From positions 9,400 to 73,399 of the forward strand of contig CALVVN010000024.1 of NCBI GenBank assembly GCA_944363865.1: a DNA stretch of 64,000 nt, in the 5' to 3' direction. Each line of letters begins with the position of its first letter. Position 1 is the stretch's first letter. Under the pieces are notes generated by a model. The model had not been told where the DNA came from, did no database searches, and saw only the letters and a list, made by a program, of their open reading frames with translations. The DNA comes from an uncultured Bacilli bacterium (GTDB lineage: Bacteria > Bacillota_I > Bacilli_A > RF39 > UBA660). This document shows positions 43,636-54,389 of the stretch, one piece after another. A program made the position numbers and the translations under genes.

Positions 43636-44127
43636 ATGAATTATGTATATGAAAGTATAATTGAAATTCCAATGGGAACAAAAAACAAATTTGAAGTTGA
43701 TAAAAAAAATGGAAAAATAAAATTGGATCGTGTACTGTATAGTGCACTTACTTACCCCGGTGAATATGGCTACATTGAAAATACCTTATCTCAAGATGGA
43801 GACCCACTAGATATTCTAATAATTAGTTCATATCCAACATTTCCTGGCTGTATAGTAGATGCTAGAATAATAGGATACCTAAGTGTTATTGATAATGGAC
43901 AACATGATGAAAAAGTTATTGCAGTAGTAGATAAAGACCCTAGATTTGAACACATCAACGATATTGAAGACATAAATCATTTACAAGCAGAAATAAAAGA
44001 TTTCTTTCAAAATTATAAAACACTTCAAAAAATCGTAGTTGAAGCAAAAGATTTTCACAATAAAGAAGCGGCTTTAAAATTAATTGAAGAATGTCAAGAA
44101 AGATATAATAATACTAAAAAAGACTAG
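43636..44127 (+). CDS. ppa: inorganic pyrophosphatase, family I
   Basis: 163 aa; EIPMGTKNKFEVD...DGDPLDILII signature. Confidence 0.9.
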   Translation: MNYVYESIIEIPMGTKNKFEVDKKNGKIKLDRVLYSALTYPGEYGYIENTLSQDGDPLDILIISSYPTFPGCIVDARIIGYLSVIDNGQHDEKVIAVVDKDPRFEHINDIEDINHLQAEIKDFFQNYKTLQKIVVEAKDFHNKEAALKLIEECQERYNNTKKD

Positions 44128-44170
44128 TTTAATCTGTACTTTTTAAAGTATAGAACATTCTAATCTTTTT

Positions 44171-47100
44171 TTATATCAAAGTATCATTAATATATAGAAC
44201 TAATTCTGTCAAGTAAAATATGTAATGTTTATCAATATTTAATTTATTTAATTCAATAAATATTGAATTGCCTCTGTAAATAAAATTAAACTTAGTACTA
44301 ATCTGAGTAGTTTTAATAAACAACTTTTCTATATTCAATTTATCATATAAGTTTTTATTTAATCTTAAAGATATTTTTTGTGTCGTATTCATTGCAATTA
44401 CAATATCTAATTTATTTATCAATTTTTCAAGAAGTTCTTGATTCATATATACAATTAGTTTTTCATCTACATATCCGAATCTATCTTTTATTTCGTTTGC
44501 TAATTTATTTAGAGATTCTAGATTATCTATTTCAGTTATTTTTTTATGTATTAAAATTATTATGTCTTGTTCATCTGAATAATTCTCATCAATATGTGTA
44601 TCAACATCATCTAAGACTATATCAGTCTCATCTTCTTGTTTATTATTAATTTCTTCATTAACCAGTTCAAGATACATATCAACTCCAACACTATCTATAA
44701 AACCAGCTTGTTCTCTACCTAATAAATCGCCTGCGCCTCTTATACTTAAATCACGCATTGCTAATTTATAACCACTTCCAAGTTCGGTAAACTCTTTTAT
44801 AGCTTCTAATCTCTTTTGAGCATTTTCATTCAATACCTTACTTTTATCATACATTAAATAAGCATAGGCAATTTTATCACCACGACCAACTCTACCACGT
44901 ATTTGATATAACTGACTTAAGCCATATTTATCAGCATCTATTACTATCATAGTGTTTGCATTAGGTATATCAATACCATTTTCAATAATAGTTGTACTTA
45001 ACAAAACATCAAACTTTTTACCTGTAAAATCATCCATTATTGCATTAATTTCAATTTTATTCATCTTTCCATGTGCATAACAAAACTTTACTTCAGGAAT
45101 CAACCCTTTTAATTCATTTATAACCTTATCCATGTTAAAAATATTGTTATACAAGATAAATGTTTGGCCTGCCCTTGAATATTCTTTTAAAATAATTTCT
45201 CTTAAAACATACTTGTCGTATGCTATTACGTAAGTTTGTACTGGATACCTATTTTTAGGCGGAGTTTCTATTAAAGATAAATCTCTAATACCAATCAATG
45301 ACATTTGTAAACTTCTCGGAATAGGTGTAGCAGAGACATTTAAAACGTGAACATTTTCTTTTATTTTCTTTATTTTTTCTTTATGCATTACTCCAAATCG
45401 GTGTTCTTCATCTACTACAAGCAATCCTAAATCCTTAAATATTATGTCATTGCTTAGTAATCTATGTGTCCCAAAAATAACATCAATTTTCCCTGATTTT
45501 AAATCATTAATAATTCTTTTTGCATCCTTTAACGATGTATGACGATTAATTAATTCAACATTTACACTAAAGTTCTTAAATCTTTCCAAAGCAGAATTAT
45601 ATTGTTGATTAGAAAGTAAAGTAGTTGGACACAAATACATTGCTTGCTTTCCATTAAGAATAGTTTTAAATATAACCCTAAAGATCACTTCAGTCTTTCC
45701 ATAACCAACATCTCCACATAATAGTCTATCCATAGGAATTCCGCTTTCTAAATCTTTTTTTATTTCTTCAGTTGATTTAATTTGATCTGCTGTAAATTCA
45801 TACGGAAACTCACTTTCAAAAACTAGTTGAAGTGGATCATCTTTAGAAAAAGGTTCAATTTTAACATTAGCTCTTTTTTTATATATCTCTAAAAGTTCAT
45901 TACTAATGTCTTTAATTCTTTTCCTTATATTCATTTTAGTTTTTTGCCATTCAATACTATTTAATTTGTTAATTTTAGGCTTAACCCCTTCTTTAGATGA
46001 ATACTTATATAATTTATTTATATTATCAATAGATAAGTACAATTTGTCATTACCTTTATACTGAATTAAAATATAATCTTTCTTTATTGAATTTTTAGTA
46101 ATAGTTGAAATACCTTTATAAATACCAATTCCATGGTTTTTATGCACAACATAATCACCAATTTTAAGTTTATCTATATCATTAATTTTACTGCCAAACT
46201 TATACTTATTTAAAGTATTATAATTTTGTTTTATAACTAAATCATTATCAGATAAATAAATAATATTATTGTAAATAAATCCTGAATTTAAATAACAATT
46301 TATAACTTTAACATTATTTAAATCTTTTTTTACTCTACTTAAAAAATTACTATTATCAGTACAAAGATACGCATTTTCATTATTTAATAAGGAAATAAAC
46401 TTTTCATAGTCATTGTTAAAATTATCAATAGATTTAGCTTCAATAACGTAATCATAGTTTCCATGATTGTCAATTAAATCCAAAAATATCTTGTTATTAA
46501 TTGAAATGTCATTTAACATAAAAACTTGCGAAAAATCATTATCATAATATTTAATTTGATCTATAATATTTTTCATTATATTCTGACATTGTGTATTATC
46601 CTGTAAAATAACAAACGGATTATTTAAATAATCTAAAACAGAACTTGTATTTTCTTCAAATGTATCTATGACAGGTTTAATTTTAATTGATTCTATTTGT
46701 TTTATTGTTAACTGAGATTCTTCATTAAAAATAGAAATGTTTAATAATTCATCATCAAAAAAATCTAATCTAATTGGATGTTCTTCTTGAAATGGAAATA
46801 TATCCACTACATACCCGCGAATAGCATACTCACCCACATTTGTAACAAGTGACTCTCTTTTATATCCAATATTTTCCAACTTACTTATTAACATTTCACG
46901 TTCAAGTATATTTGACTTATTTAATTCTAAACAATTAGAAAAATAAGTCTCTTTTTTTGGTAATCTTTTTATAAAACTATTAACATGACAAATAACAATT
47001 TTTTTATCATCATTATCTATAGAATTTAAAAAACTCATTCTCATAAATAATAAATCATCTGATGCCGCGATTGCTTTTTTTGTTAAATAATCATCTTCTG

Positions 47101-47311
47101 GAAAAATATAAACATTTTCAAATGAATGCCTTAAATTATTATACAATTTATTTGCATCGTTTAGCGTTGGAACTAATATAACTATATTTTGTTGCAACGA
47201 AAAAAATATATATAACACTAATTGATTATATATTTCATTATTTGACACCGATATTTTTAAATCATTTTTAATTTTAAAATCAAATAAATTATTATATATA
47301 TTACTTTTCAT
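44171..47311 (-). CDS. mfd: transcription-repair coupling factor Mfd
   Basis: 1046 aa; UvrB-homology N-region, KOW/CarD (KIGDYVVHKNHGIG), superfamily-2 helicase motifs GDVGYGKTEV, DEEHRFG. Confidence 0.95.
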   Translation of the reverse strand: MKSNIYNNLFDFKIKNDLKISVSNNEIYNQLVLYIFFSLQQNIVILVPTLNDANKLYNNLRHSFENVYIFPEDDYLTKKAIAASDDLLFMRMSFLNSIDNDDKKIVICHVNSFIKRLPKKETYFSNCLELNKSNILEREMLISKLENIGYKRESLVTNVGEYAIRGYVVDIFPFQEEHPIRLDFFDDELLNISIFNEESQLTIKQIESIKIKPVIDTFEENTSSVLDYLNNPFVILQDNTQCQNIMKNIIDQIKYYDNDFSQVFMLNDISINNKIFLDLIDNHGNYDYVIEAKSIDNFNNDYEKFISLLNNENAYLCTDNSNFLSRVKKDLNNVKVINCYLNSGFIYNNIIYLSDNDLVIKQNYNTLNKYKFGSKINDIDKLKIGDYVVHKNHGIGIYKGISTITKNSIKKDYILIQYKGNDKLYLSIDNINKLYKYSSKEGVKPKINKLNSIEWQKTKMNIRKRIKDISNELLEIYKKRANVKIEPFSKDDPLQLVFESEFPYEFTADQIKSTEEIKKDLESGIPMDRLLCGDVGYGKTEVIFRVIFKTILNGKQAMYLCPTTLLSNQQYNSALERFKNFSVNVELINRHTSLKDAKRIINDLKSGKIDVIFGTHRLLSNDIIFKDLGLLVVDEEHRFGVMHKEKIKKIKENVHVLNVSATPIPRSLQMSLIGIRDLSLIETPPKNRYPVQTYVIAYDKYVLREIILKEYSRAGQTFILYNNIFNMDKVINELKGLIPEVKFCYAHGKMNKIEINAIMDDFTGKKFDVLLSTTIIENGIDIPNANTMIVIDADKYGLSQLYQIRGRVGRGDKIAYAYLMYDKSKVLNENAQKRLEAIKEFTELGSGYKLAMRDLSIRGAGDLLGREQAGFIDSVGVDMYLELVNEEINNKQEDETDIVLDDVDTHIDENYSDEQDIIILIHKKITEIDNLESLNKLANEIKDRFGYVDEKLIVYMNQELLEKLINKLDIVIAMNTTQKISLRLNKNLYDKLNIEKLFIKTTQISTKFNFIYRGNSIFIELNKLNIDKHYIFYLTELVLYINDTLI

Positions 47312-47319
47312 ATTTACCC

Positions 47320-47859
47320 TTAATTATATTTATTCATTAATTTATCAAAATCTATTCGTAAGTAATCGCCTATAATATTAACAACTTTGTTTAATACTTC
47401 ATCAAGGATAACCTTCTCATCAGGAGAAAACTTTCCCAAAACATAATCTTTCATATCATAGTTAGGTTTTCCAATACCAACCCTAACTCGCTTTATATTA
47501 CTATTGTTAAGATTATCAATAATATTTTTAAATCCGTTGTGACCACCCGCAGAGCCATCTGGCTTTATTTTAACATTTCCTAATTCAAAAGCCATATCAT
47601 CATAAATAATTAATATGTCCGCAATATCAATCTTATAATAACTCTTAAACTTTTTTATAACTTCGCCGGACAAATTCATAAAACTTAATGGCTTTAAAAA
47701 TATTACATCATTATTGCTATCAACAAAATATTCACCATTAAATTTAATTTTATAATTAACATTTTCAGATAAATATCTATCAATTGCCATAAATCCAACA
47801 TTATGTCTAGTATTGCAATATTCATCTCCCGGATTTCCTAATCCAACTATCATTTTCAT
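47320..47859 (-). CDS. pth: peptidyl-tRNA hydrolase
   Basis: 179 aa; MKMIVGLGNPGDEY..TRHNVGF signature. Confidence 0.9.
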   Translation of the reverse strand: MKMIVGLGNPGDEYCNTRHNVGFMAIDRYLSENVNYKIKFNGEYFVDSNNDVIFLKPLSFMNLSGEVIKKFKSYYKIDIADILIIYDDMAFELGNVKIKPDGSAGGHNGFKNIIDNLNNSNIKRVRVGIGKPNYDMKDYVLGKFSPDEKVILDEVLNKVVNIIGDYLRIDFDKLMNKYN

Positions 47860-48704
47860 TGTTTTTTCTCCTCAAACATATTATACAACAGATTTTTACT
47901 AATATTATATTTTTTTGAAATATATTTCATAGCGTTTTTCTTTTCCATTCCATAACTAATTAATTCGTTCATTTCAGAAAACGCTAGTGTTTCATTTTTA
48001 TTAATTTCATTATTGTCAACAATTATAACAAACTCTCCTTTAGGTTCTTTAAAAAGCTTAATAGCATCTGCAACATTACCTCTATAAACTTCTTCATATA
48101 CTTTTGATATTTCCCGGGAAATAGAAATAATTTTATTTCCCAAGATATTATTAATATTTTGTAAAGTTTTTATCAACCTATGAGGAGATTCATATAAAAC
48201 AAATGTAAAGTTGATATTTTTTAACACTTCAAGTTCTCTTTTACATTCTTCATTTTTATTACTTAAAAATCCATAAAAAATAAATCTATCTGATTTAATA
48301 TTTGACATATTCAACGCCGGTAAAAAAGCACATGCTCCTGGCAACGCCACTACCGAATAGCCTGATTCTATTACTTTGTTAACTACAACATAACCAGGAT
48401 CACTTATCAAAGGCGTTCCACGATCAGTAACTAAAGCAACACTTTTTCCTTCTTGCAAATTGTGGATAACTTGTGGATAAATAGACATTTCATTAAACTT
48501 ATGACAAGAAATTAATTTAGTTTTAATTTTATAATGATTAAATAATATTTTAGTTACTCTAGTATCTTCTGAATAAACTACTGATACTCCTTTCAATATT
48601 TCTATAGCTCTTAATGTAATATCCAACATATTTCCAATAGGAGTTGGTACAATATATAATTTACTTTTATCATCATAGCTTTTCTGTATCATCGTTACCT
48701 CCAA
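47856..48704 (-). CDS. rsmI: 16S rRNA (cytidine1402-2'-O)-methyltransferase RsmI
   Basis: 282 aa; LYIVPTPIGNMLDITLRA, SEDTR motifs of tetrapyrrole-methylase fold RsmI. Confidence 0.85.
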   Translation of the reverse strand: MEVTMIQKSYDDKSKLYIVPTPIGNMLDITLRAIEILKGVSVVYSEDTRVTKILFNHYKIKTKLISCHKFNEMSIYPQVIHNLQEGKSVALVTDRGTPLISDPGYVVVNKVIESGYSVVALPGACAFLPALNMSNIKSDRFIFYGFLSNKNEECKRELEVLKNINFTFVLYESPHRLIKTLQNINNILGNKIISISREISKVYEEVYRGNVADAIKLFKEPKGEFVIIVDNNEINKNETLAFSEMNELISYGMEKKNAMKYISKKYNISKNLLYNMFEEKKQ

Positions 48705-49431
48705 ACATCTTTAATACTTCAACCGTATACTCACCATTTTCATTGTGAATAATTAATGGCTTTTCAACTTTTAAAAGACTTTTCCCATTTTTTACTGCTT
48801 CAACTAAAAACAAGTTAGACATCTGATTATATTTTGGATAAATAAACTGAACTCTTTTTGGCTCTAAATTATTACTTTTTAATTTCGTTATTATTTCAAT
48901 AAATCTATCGGTTCTATGTACTAAAAATAAACTACCTTTATTTTTAAGAAGTTTTTTACTTATCGTAATAATATCATCTATTGTAATAGAAATTTCATGA
49001 CGCGCTATAGATTTTTCAACATTTTCATTTAATATACTACCTGATACATATTTAAAATATGGAGGATTAGATACTACTATATCAAAAGTATCGGTATTAT
49101 AAATATTAAAAATATTTTTTATATCATCATTATACAATGTAATACGGTTTTCCAAATTGTTAATTTTTAATGATTTTTTAGCTAATTTATATATTTCCTT
49201 TTGAATTTCAACACCAATTAATTCAACACTATCATTTACTTTCGTTGACAAAATCATTAATATAGGTGCGTTTCCAGTACAAAGATCAATTATTTTTTTT
49301 ACAGTCGGATTTATTTTTATAAAGTTTGATAGTAAAACAGAATCTAAACTAAAATTAAAATATTTATTACATTGAACTATTTTCAAATTATTAAAATTTA
49401 ATAAATCATTTACTATTATAGATTTTTTCAT
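48673..49431 (-). CDS. N6-adenine tRNA/rRNA methyltransferase (YabB/TrmN6-like)
   Basis: 252 aa; DLCTGNAPI SAM motif I, NPPYF motif IV. Confidence 0.7.
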   Translation of the reverse strand: MKKSIIVNDLLNFNNLKIVQCNKYFNFSLDSVLLSNFIKINPTVKKIIDLCTGNAPILMILSTKVNDSVELIGVEIQKEIYKLAKKSLKINNLENRITLYNDDIKNIFNIYNTDTFDIVVSNPPYFKYVSGSILNENVEKSIARHEISITIDDIITISKKLLKNKGSLFLVHRTDRFIEIITKLKSNNLEPKRVQFIYPKYNQMSNLFLVEAVKNGKSLLKVEKPLIIHNENGEYTVEVLKMFGGNDDTEKL

Positions 49432-50219
49432 TTTATCTTATCATCTAATAAAGTCAATTCTATAATACCTTCGTTAGGCACATCAACCCTAAATCTTCTT
49501 TGTAAAATATCTATAGAAATTACTTTACCATCGCCCTTTATTGTATTTACTATGTCACCAATATTAGGCATATCCCTTCTATTATAAGTATATAAATCAT
49601 CCTCATATTTTAAACAACATAACAATCTTCCACATAAACCATTTATTTTATTTGGATTCAAAGCTATATTTTGGTTTTTTGCCATATTAATTGTGACAGA
49701 ATCTAAATCATTTAAAAAACATGAACAACATAATTCTCTTCCACACAAACCAAGGCCAGATACTTCTTTTGCTTTATCTCTTACACCAATTTGTCTTAAC
49801 TCTATTCTTGTTTTATATACACTTGCAAGTTCTTTAGCCAGTTCTCTAAAATCTACTCTATTATCAGATAAAAAATATAACAACAACTGGTTTTTATCAA
49901 AAGTAAATGATGAATCAACAAACTTCATATTTAAATTTAATTTTTCTGCTATTTTTTTAGCTTTATTAAGTGCTGATAAAGCATCTTTTTCATTCTTTTT
50001 ATATATTTCATAATCTGACTTATCAGCAATTCTTACCACAGCCTTTAATCTATTAATTACCATTTTTTCATCAACTATTTTAATATTTATTGCTTTAGCA
50101 AATTGCAAGCCACGTTCAGTTTCAACAATAATATTATCATTTTTGTTAATGTTATACCCATTAGTATCAAAATAATATATTTTACCATTTTCCTTAAAAT
50201 TAGCACCAACTATTTCCAT
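49428..50219 (-). CDS. ricT: PSP1/YaaT (RicT) stage-0 sporulation / RNase Y regulator
   Basis: 263 aa; N-terminus and Cys cluster (GLCGRELCCSCFL, CGRLLCCLKYE) typical of PSP1 C-terminal domain. Confidence 0.8.
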   Translation of the reverse strand: MEIVGANFKENGKIYYFDTNGYNINKNDNIIVETERGLQFAKAINIKIVDEKMVINRLKAVVRIADKSDYEIYKKNEKDALSALNKAKKIAEKLNLNMKFVDSSFTFDKNQLLLYFLSDNRVDFRELAKELASVYKTRIELRQIGVRDKAKEVSGLGLCGRELCCSCFLNDLDSVTINMAKNQNIALNPNKINGLCGRLLCCLKYEDDLYTYNRRDMPNIGDIVNTIKGDGKVISIDILQRRFRVDVPNEGIIELTLLDDKIK

Positions 50220-50220
50220 A

Positions 50221-51033
50221 CTAAGAACCTCCTAACTCAATTAATAAATTATCTAAAATTAATGAAGTACTAATATTATAATCTAATTTAATAATACTTT
50301 CATTAATAATTATTAATTTTTTTGTAAAATCCTGCTTGAAATCTACAAACGTAAACTCTTTTAATAAATCCTTATTTAATATCAAATCACACTGATAATC
50401 TAAGAAACTTTTATATATATTAAAAACATTTTCAAGCAATAACTTTAAATCTGATTTATTAATTTTCTTACCAATTATTTCATAAATATATGGAAAACAT
50501 TTTTCTTTTTTAGATTCAATAATTTTTACAAATTCTATTGCTTTATCCAATACTACATTATTTTCCGTGTCCACTATACTACATTTATTACTTTGAGTAG
50601 ATATAAACTGAATTTGACATCTGGATTTTATTGTTGGAAGAATATTAGAAATATTAGAACTGAGTAAAAAAGCATAAATATTATTTTCAGGCTCTTCTAA
50701 TATTTTTAATAAACTATTTGCACTTGAAGCATTTAAAAGTTCTGCATTATTAATCACATATATTTTTTTTCCACTTACTTGTGATGTATTATCAAGAAAG
50801 TTTTTTAAATCCATAATTTGCTCTTTTTTTATTACATTATTTATTGGATTTAATACAAAAATATCAGGATGATCAATTGTTTTAACATTATCATCATTTA
50901 AAATATACTTAAAAAATATTTGCAATAATCCTTTTTCTATCTGATCAAAAGTTACATTGCAAATTAAATATGCATGTCCAATTTTATTATTTAAATATAA
51001 TTTATTAAAAGTATCTAATAATTTTTCTTCCAT
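50221..51033 (-). CDS. holB: DNA polymerase III delta-prime subunit
   Basis: 270 aa; IGHAYLICN ..., position after recR/bofA as in B. subtilis; degenerate Walker A as usual for delta'. Confidence 0.65.
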   Translation of the reverse strand: MEEKLLDTFNKLYLNNKIGHAYLICNVTFDQIEKGLLQIFFKYILNDDNVKTIDHPDIFVLNPINNVIKKEQIMDLKNFLDNTSQVSGKKIYVINNAELLNASSANSLLKILEEPENNIYAFLLSSNISNILPTIKSRCQIQFISTQSNKCSIVDTENNVVLDKAIEFVKIIESKKEKCFPYIYEIIGKKINKSDLKLLLENVFNIYKSFLDYQCDLILNKDLLKEFTFVDFKQDFTKKLIIINESIIKLDYNISTSLILDNLLIELGGS

Positions 51034-51047
51034 TTATATACCTCATT

Positions 51048-51239
51048 TTACAAAACTTTAGATAAAATAATCAAACTAAATATAGCCGGTAATCCAAATG
51101 AACTAGTAAAAATTATGCTAAAAAAATTAATTGGAATTAATATACCAACATAGCCAATTATTAAATTAAACGAATACAACATACATAACGCCATCACTAT
51201 TTTTTTTAGTACTAACACTAATGTTTTCATATTATTCAC
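51048..51239 (-). CDS. bofA: BofA-like small membrane protein (pro-sigma-K processing inhibitor family)
   Basis: 63 aa, two TM helices, C-terminal ...SSFGLPAIFSLIILSKVL resembles BofA GIPGI...IKQFI; conserved position after recR. Confidence 0.45.
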   Translation of the reverse strand: MNNMKTLVLVLKKIVMALCMLYSFNLIIGYVGILIPINFFSIIFTSSFGLPAIFSLIILSKVL

Positions 51240-51268
51240 CAGTTAATATTATTAAAAATAATAACACA

Positions 51269-51868
51269 TTATGAAATAAACTTTCTATCATCAATAGCTT
51301 TAGTTAAAGTTATTGGATCTAAATATTCAATGTCTGAACCAATTGGCAAACCATAAGATAATCTAGAAACCTTAATTTTTTTATTTAACAACAACTTTTG
51401 CAAATAAAGAGATGTTGTTTCTCCTTCTATTGATGGAGCAAGAGCGATTATAACTTCTTTGACATTTTCATTTAGTCTATTATTAAATAGCCCACTGATG
51501 TTGATATCTTCTGGATTTCTATCATCAATAGGAGATATTAAACCTCCTAATACATGATACAAGCCTTTATAATTTCCAGATTTTTCAAAAGTAATGACAC
51601 TTTTAGAATCTTCTACCACACAGATAGTAGATTTATCTCTAGACGAATCAAAACATATATCGCATATATCATTTGATGAATAATGTCCACAAAGAGTACA
51701 TTTTCTTATATTTTTCTTAAACTTTTTTAAATTATCTGAAAAATTAGAAACTTCCTCTTCTGATAAATTATCTATGGCATAAACAAAACGTTCAGCTGAT
51801 TTATTTCCTACTCCCGGTAATAATTCAAAACTTTCTACTAAATCTGAAAATTCTTTAGGATATATCAT
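51269..51868 (-). CDS. recR: recombination protein RecR
   Basis: 199 aa; HhH (LPGVGNKSAERF), C4 zinc finger CTLCGH..CDIC, Toprim. Confidence 0.95.
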   Translation of the reverse strand: MIYPKEFSDLVESFELLPGVGNKSAERFVYAIDNLSEEEVSNFSDNLKKFKKNIRKCTLCGHYSSNDICDICFDSSRDKSTICVVEDSKSVITFEKSGNYKGLYHVLGGLISPIDDRNPEDINISGLFNNRLNENVKEVIIALAPSIEGETTSLYLQKLLLNKKIKVSRLSYGLPIGSDIEYLDPITLTKAIDDRKFIS

Positions 51869-51871
51869 TAT

Positions 51872-52174
51872 TTAAAATAATCCTTTCATACCGCCAGAAT
51901 ATCTACCTAGTTTTTCTTCTTTAACCTTACTCAATTTTCCTAAAGCATCATTGATTGCTAACATAATCATGTCTTCTAACGTTTCTTTGTCGTTTAAAAC
52001 TTCTTCATCATTTATTGAAACCTTAATTATTTCATTTTTACCATTCAACATTACCTTAACTGCCCCATTTTCACCTTCAAACACAGAAGATTCAATATCT
52101 TTATTAATCCTTTCTAATTCTTTTTGCATTCTTTGAGCTTCAGCCATTAAGTTTTGCATATTCATTTTAATCAC
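51872..52174 (-). CDS. ybaB: nucleoid-associated protein YbaB/EbfC
   Basis: 100 aa; MQNLMAEAQRMQKELE... family signature. Confidence 0.9.
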   Translation of the reverse strand: MIKMNMQNLMAEAQRMQKELERINKDIESSVFEGENGAVKVMLNGKNEIIKVSINDEEVLNDKETLEDMIMLAINDALGKLSKVKEEKLGRYSGGMKGLF

Positions 52175-52179
52175 CTTCC

Positions 52180-53820
52180 TTAATTTATATTTTCTACATC
52201 CTCACCAAATATGTTTGATGTAACATCTTCAAAAGATGTTTTAGATTCTTTTACTTCAATATTAGTTTCTGGAATAAATTCATAGGAAATGTTATTCTTT
52301 TTATTAGATATAAAATCATTTTTTAACATTATCCATTCGTCATTTGTAACACAAACCACTTTAAAATTAATATCATATATTTCAAATAAAAGTTTTTCAA
52401 TTTTTTTGATATTACTCATAAACACTTGGATTAAAGATTTATCTTCAAAATCAAACAACAAATATTCATTAGATGCAACCACTATCTTTCCAGACAACAA
52501 TAGTGCAGCAACATTATTATATACCTTATTTGCAATAAAATCATTAATTCTTTCATAATCTTTATTAACTTTATTTAAAAATTCCTTATTTGCAGTTACA
52601 AAGCAATTATTAATTCTAACTTTACGAAAACTATCTATATCAATTATTTTTGATTCATTTACATTATTATCTTTTTTATTTTTAGTATTATCATTGTAAT
52701 TTACATTATTTATATTTGCAATTCTGTCAACATTATTATCCAAATATACATCTTTATTTACAGTATGAATTAAATATATATAATATATTTCAAATAAATT
52801 CTTTTGATTGTTTGACTTTACAATTTGACTTGATAATTCTAGCAATATTCTTGTCATTTCCTTTATTATATCAATACTTAAATCAAACGTTAAATAGACT
52901 TTTTTCTCTTCTTCAGCAAAATATGAACTTATATTTTGCGCTAAAGATATATTTCTTAACAAAATTAATAATTCATCAACAATAGTATTTAAATTTTTAC
53001 CAGTGGTAACAAAATTATCAATTAATTTCATACCAACATCGACTTCATTATCGCAAATACTTTTAAGAAATTCTATTATAGTTTTTTCTGACACTCTTCC
53101 CTGCAAATCGTATATTTCATCTTCAGTAATATTATCATTTGATAAAGAAATAACTTGATCTAGTAAATTGATTGCATCCCTACATCCTCCATCGGATAAT
53201 TTTGTTATAAGCCTTAGCACATTATCTGATATTTCTTTCTTTTCTAGAGTGCATATTTCTTTCAATTTAGCAAACATTTCTTCGCTATCTATTTTTTTAA
53301 AATCAAATCTTTGACATCGTGATAAAATAGTTAATGGTATTTTATGCATGTCTGTCGTAGCTAAAATAAATATAACATGTGCTGGTGGCTCTTCTAAAGT
53401 TTTTAATAAAGCATTAAAAGCACCTGTTGATAACATGTGAACTTCATCAATAATATAAACTTTATATTTTGCTACGGTTGGAACTAATTTAACTTTAGAT
53501 CTAATTTCACGTATTTCTTCAACTCCATTGTTACTAGCAGCATCAATCTCAATTATATCAACATCATTAACTTCTAAGTTTTTGCACATTTCACAGTTTC
53601 CACAATAATTTCCGTTGCTGTTATCTAAACAATTAACTGTTTTTGCAAATATCTTAGCAATACTGGTTTTACCTGTTCCACGGGGCCCATTAAATAAATA
53701 TGCATGAGAAATGTGATTGTTAATAATACTATTTTTTAATATTTCCACCACAACTTTTTGACCAATAACATCATCAAAGTTTTTAGGACGATATTTACGA
53801 TATAATGCAATATAAGACAT
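52180..53820 (-). CDS. dnaX: DNA polymerase III subunits gamma/tau
   Basis: 546 aa; GPRGTGKTS Walker A, zinc module CGNCEMC, IIDEVHMLS. Confidence 0.95.
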   Translation of the reverse strand: MSYIALYRKYRPKNFDDVIGQKVVVEILKNSIINNHISHAYLFNGPRGTGKTSIAKIFAKTVNCLDNSNGNYCGNCEMCKNLEVNDVDIIEIDAASNNGVEEIREIRSKVKLVPTVAKYKVYIIDEVHMLSTGAFNALLKTLEEPPAHVIFILATTDMHKIPLTILSRCQRFDFKKIDSEEMFAKLKEICTLEKKEISDNVLRLITKLSDGGCRDAINLLDQVISLSNDNITEDEIYDLQGRVSEKTIIEFLKSICDNEVDVGMKLIDNFVTTGKNLNTIVDELLILLRNISLAQNISSYFAEEEKKVYLTFDLSIDIIKEMTRILLELSSQIVKSNNQKNLFEIYYIYLIHTVNKDVYLDNNVDRIANINNVNYNDNTKNKKDNNVNESKIIDIDSFRKVRINNCFVTANKEFLNKVNKDYERINDFIANKVYNNVAALLLSGKIVVASNEYLLFDFEDKSLIQVFMSNIKKIEKLLFEIYDINFKVVCVTNDEWIMLKNDFISNKKNNISYEFIPETNIEVKESKTSFEDVTSNIFGEDVENIN

Positions 53821-53849
53821 ACTTTACCTCCTTGTATAATTATATCAAA

Positions 53850-54248
53850 TTATCTTATTTTTTTAAAAAAATCCTTAATAATCTTTTTAAATTCATTATC
53901 TATTTTATTAAGAAAAATATACTTTGTTGTAGAATTTCTTAGTTTTTCGTTTTTTAAAAAAAAGTAAACTTTATCTATTTTTGCTTCATTGATTATACTT
54001 TTACACATATCGCATGGTTCAACAGTAGAATATAATATACAATCATTTAAATGCCATGTTTTTAATTTTTTAGTTGCCTTTTTAATAGCAATTATTTCTG
54101 CATGACCAAGCACATCATTATTTTTTTCTCTTAAATTATAAGCTTTTGAAATAATTTTATTGTTTTTAACTATAATAGCTGCAATTGGGACTTCACCTTT
54201 TTTGTATGCTTTTTTTGTTAATTTAATTAATTCGTTATAATAATTCAT
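53850..54248 (-). CDS. tadA: tRNA adenosine(34) deaminase
   Basis: 132 aa; HAEIIAI and PCDMC zinc motifs; AGGAG RBS embedded in ffs terminator tail. Confidence 0.85.
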   Translation of the reverse strand: MNYYNELIKLTKKAYKKGEVPIAAIIVKNNKIISKAYNLREKNNDVLGHAEIIAIKKATKKLKTWHLNDCILYSTVEPCDMCKSIINEAKIDKVYFFLKNEKLRNSTTKYIFLNKIDNEFKKIIKDFFKKIR

Positions 54249-54259
54249 ACCTTACTCCT

Positions 54260-54338
54260 AAAAAAAAGTGCACATACATAGTAAGTGTTAAGGCTGCTAT
54301 TTTCCAATCCTGACCTGATTCCACGCTATGTATTGCAC
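54260..54338 (-). ncRNA. ffs: small (4.5S-type) signal recognition particle RNA
   Basis: minus-strand transcript GUGCAAUACAUAGCGUGGAAUCAGGUCAGGAUUGGAAAAUAGCAGCCUUAACACUUACUAUGUAUGUGCAC-U8: 13-bp terminal helix, domain IV motifs CAGGUCAGG ... GGAA tetraloop ... AGCAGCC (cf. E. coli CAGGUCAGGUCCGGAAGGAAGCAGCC); TTGAAT-17-TATAAT promoter at 54345-54373. Confidence 0.75.
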
Positions 54339-54373
54339 GATTAAATTATAATATATTAACGTTAAAAATTCAA

Positions 54374-54389
54374 TGTTCCACGTGGAACA
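54374..54389. promoter_or_regulatory. parS site 1 (ParB/Spo0J binding), core TGTTCCACGTGGAACA within 30-bp perfect palindrome 54367-54396
   Basis: perfect 16-bp palindrome matching Firmicute parS consensus tGTTnCACGTGaAACa; flanks AATTCAA/TTGAATT also symmetric. Confidence 0.75.

Noticed and set aside
44128-44170. Possible bidirectional terminator between ppa (+) and mfd (-)
   Set aside because: Only a weak TACTTTTTAAAGTA inverted repeat with short stem; not convincing enough to list as a feature.
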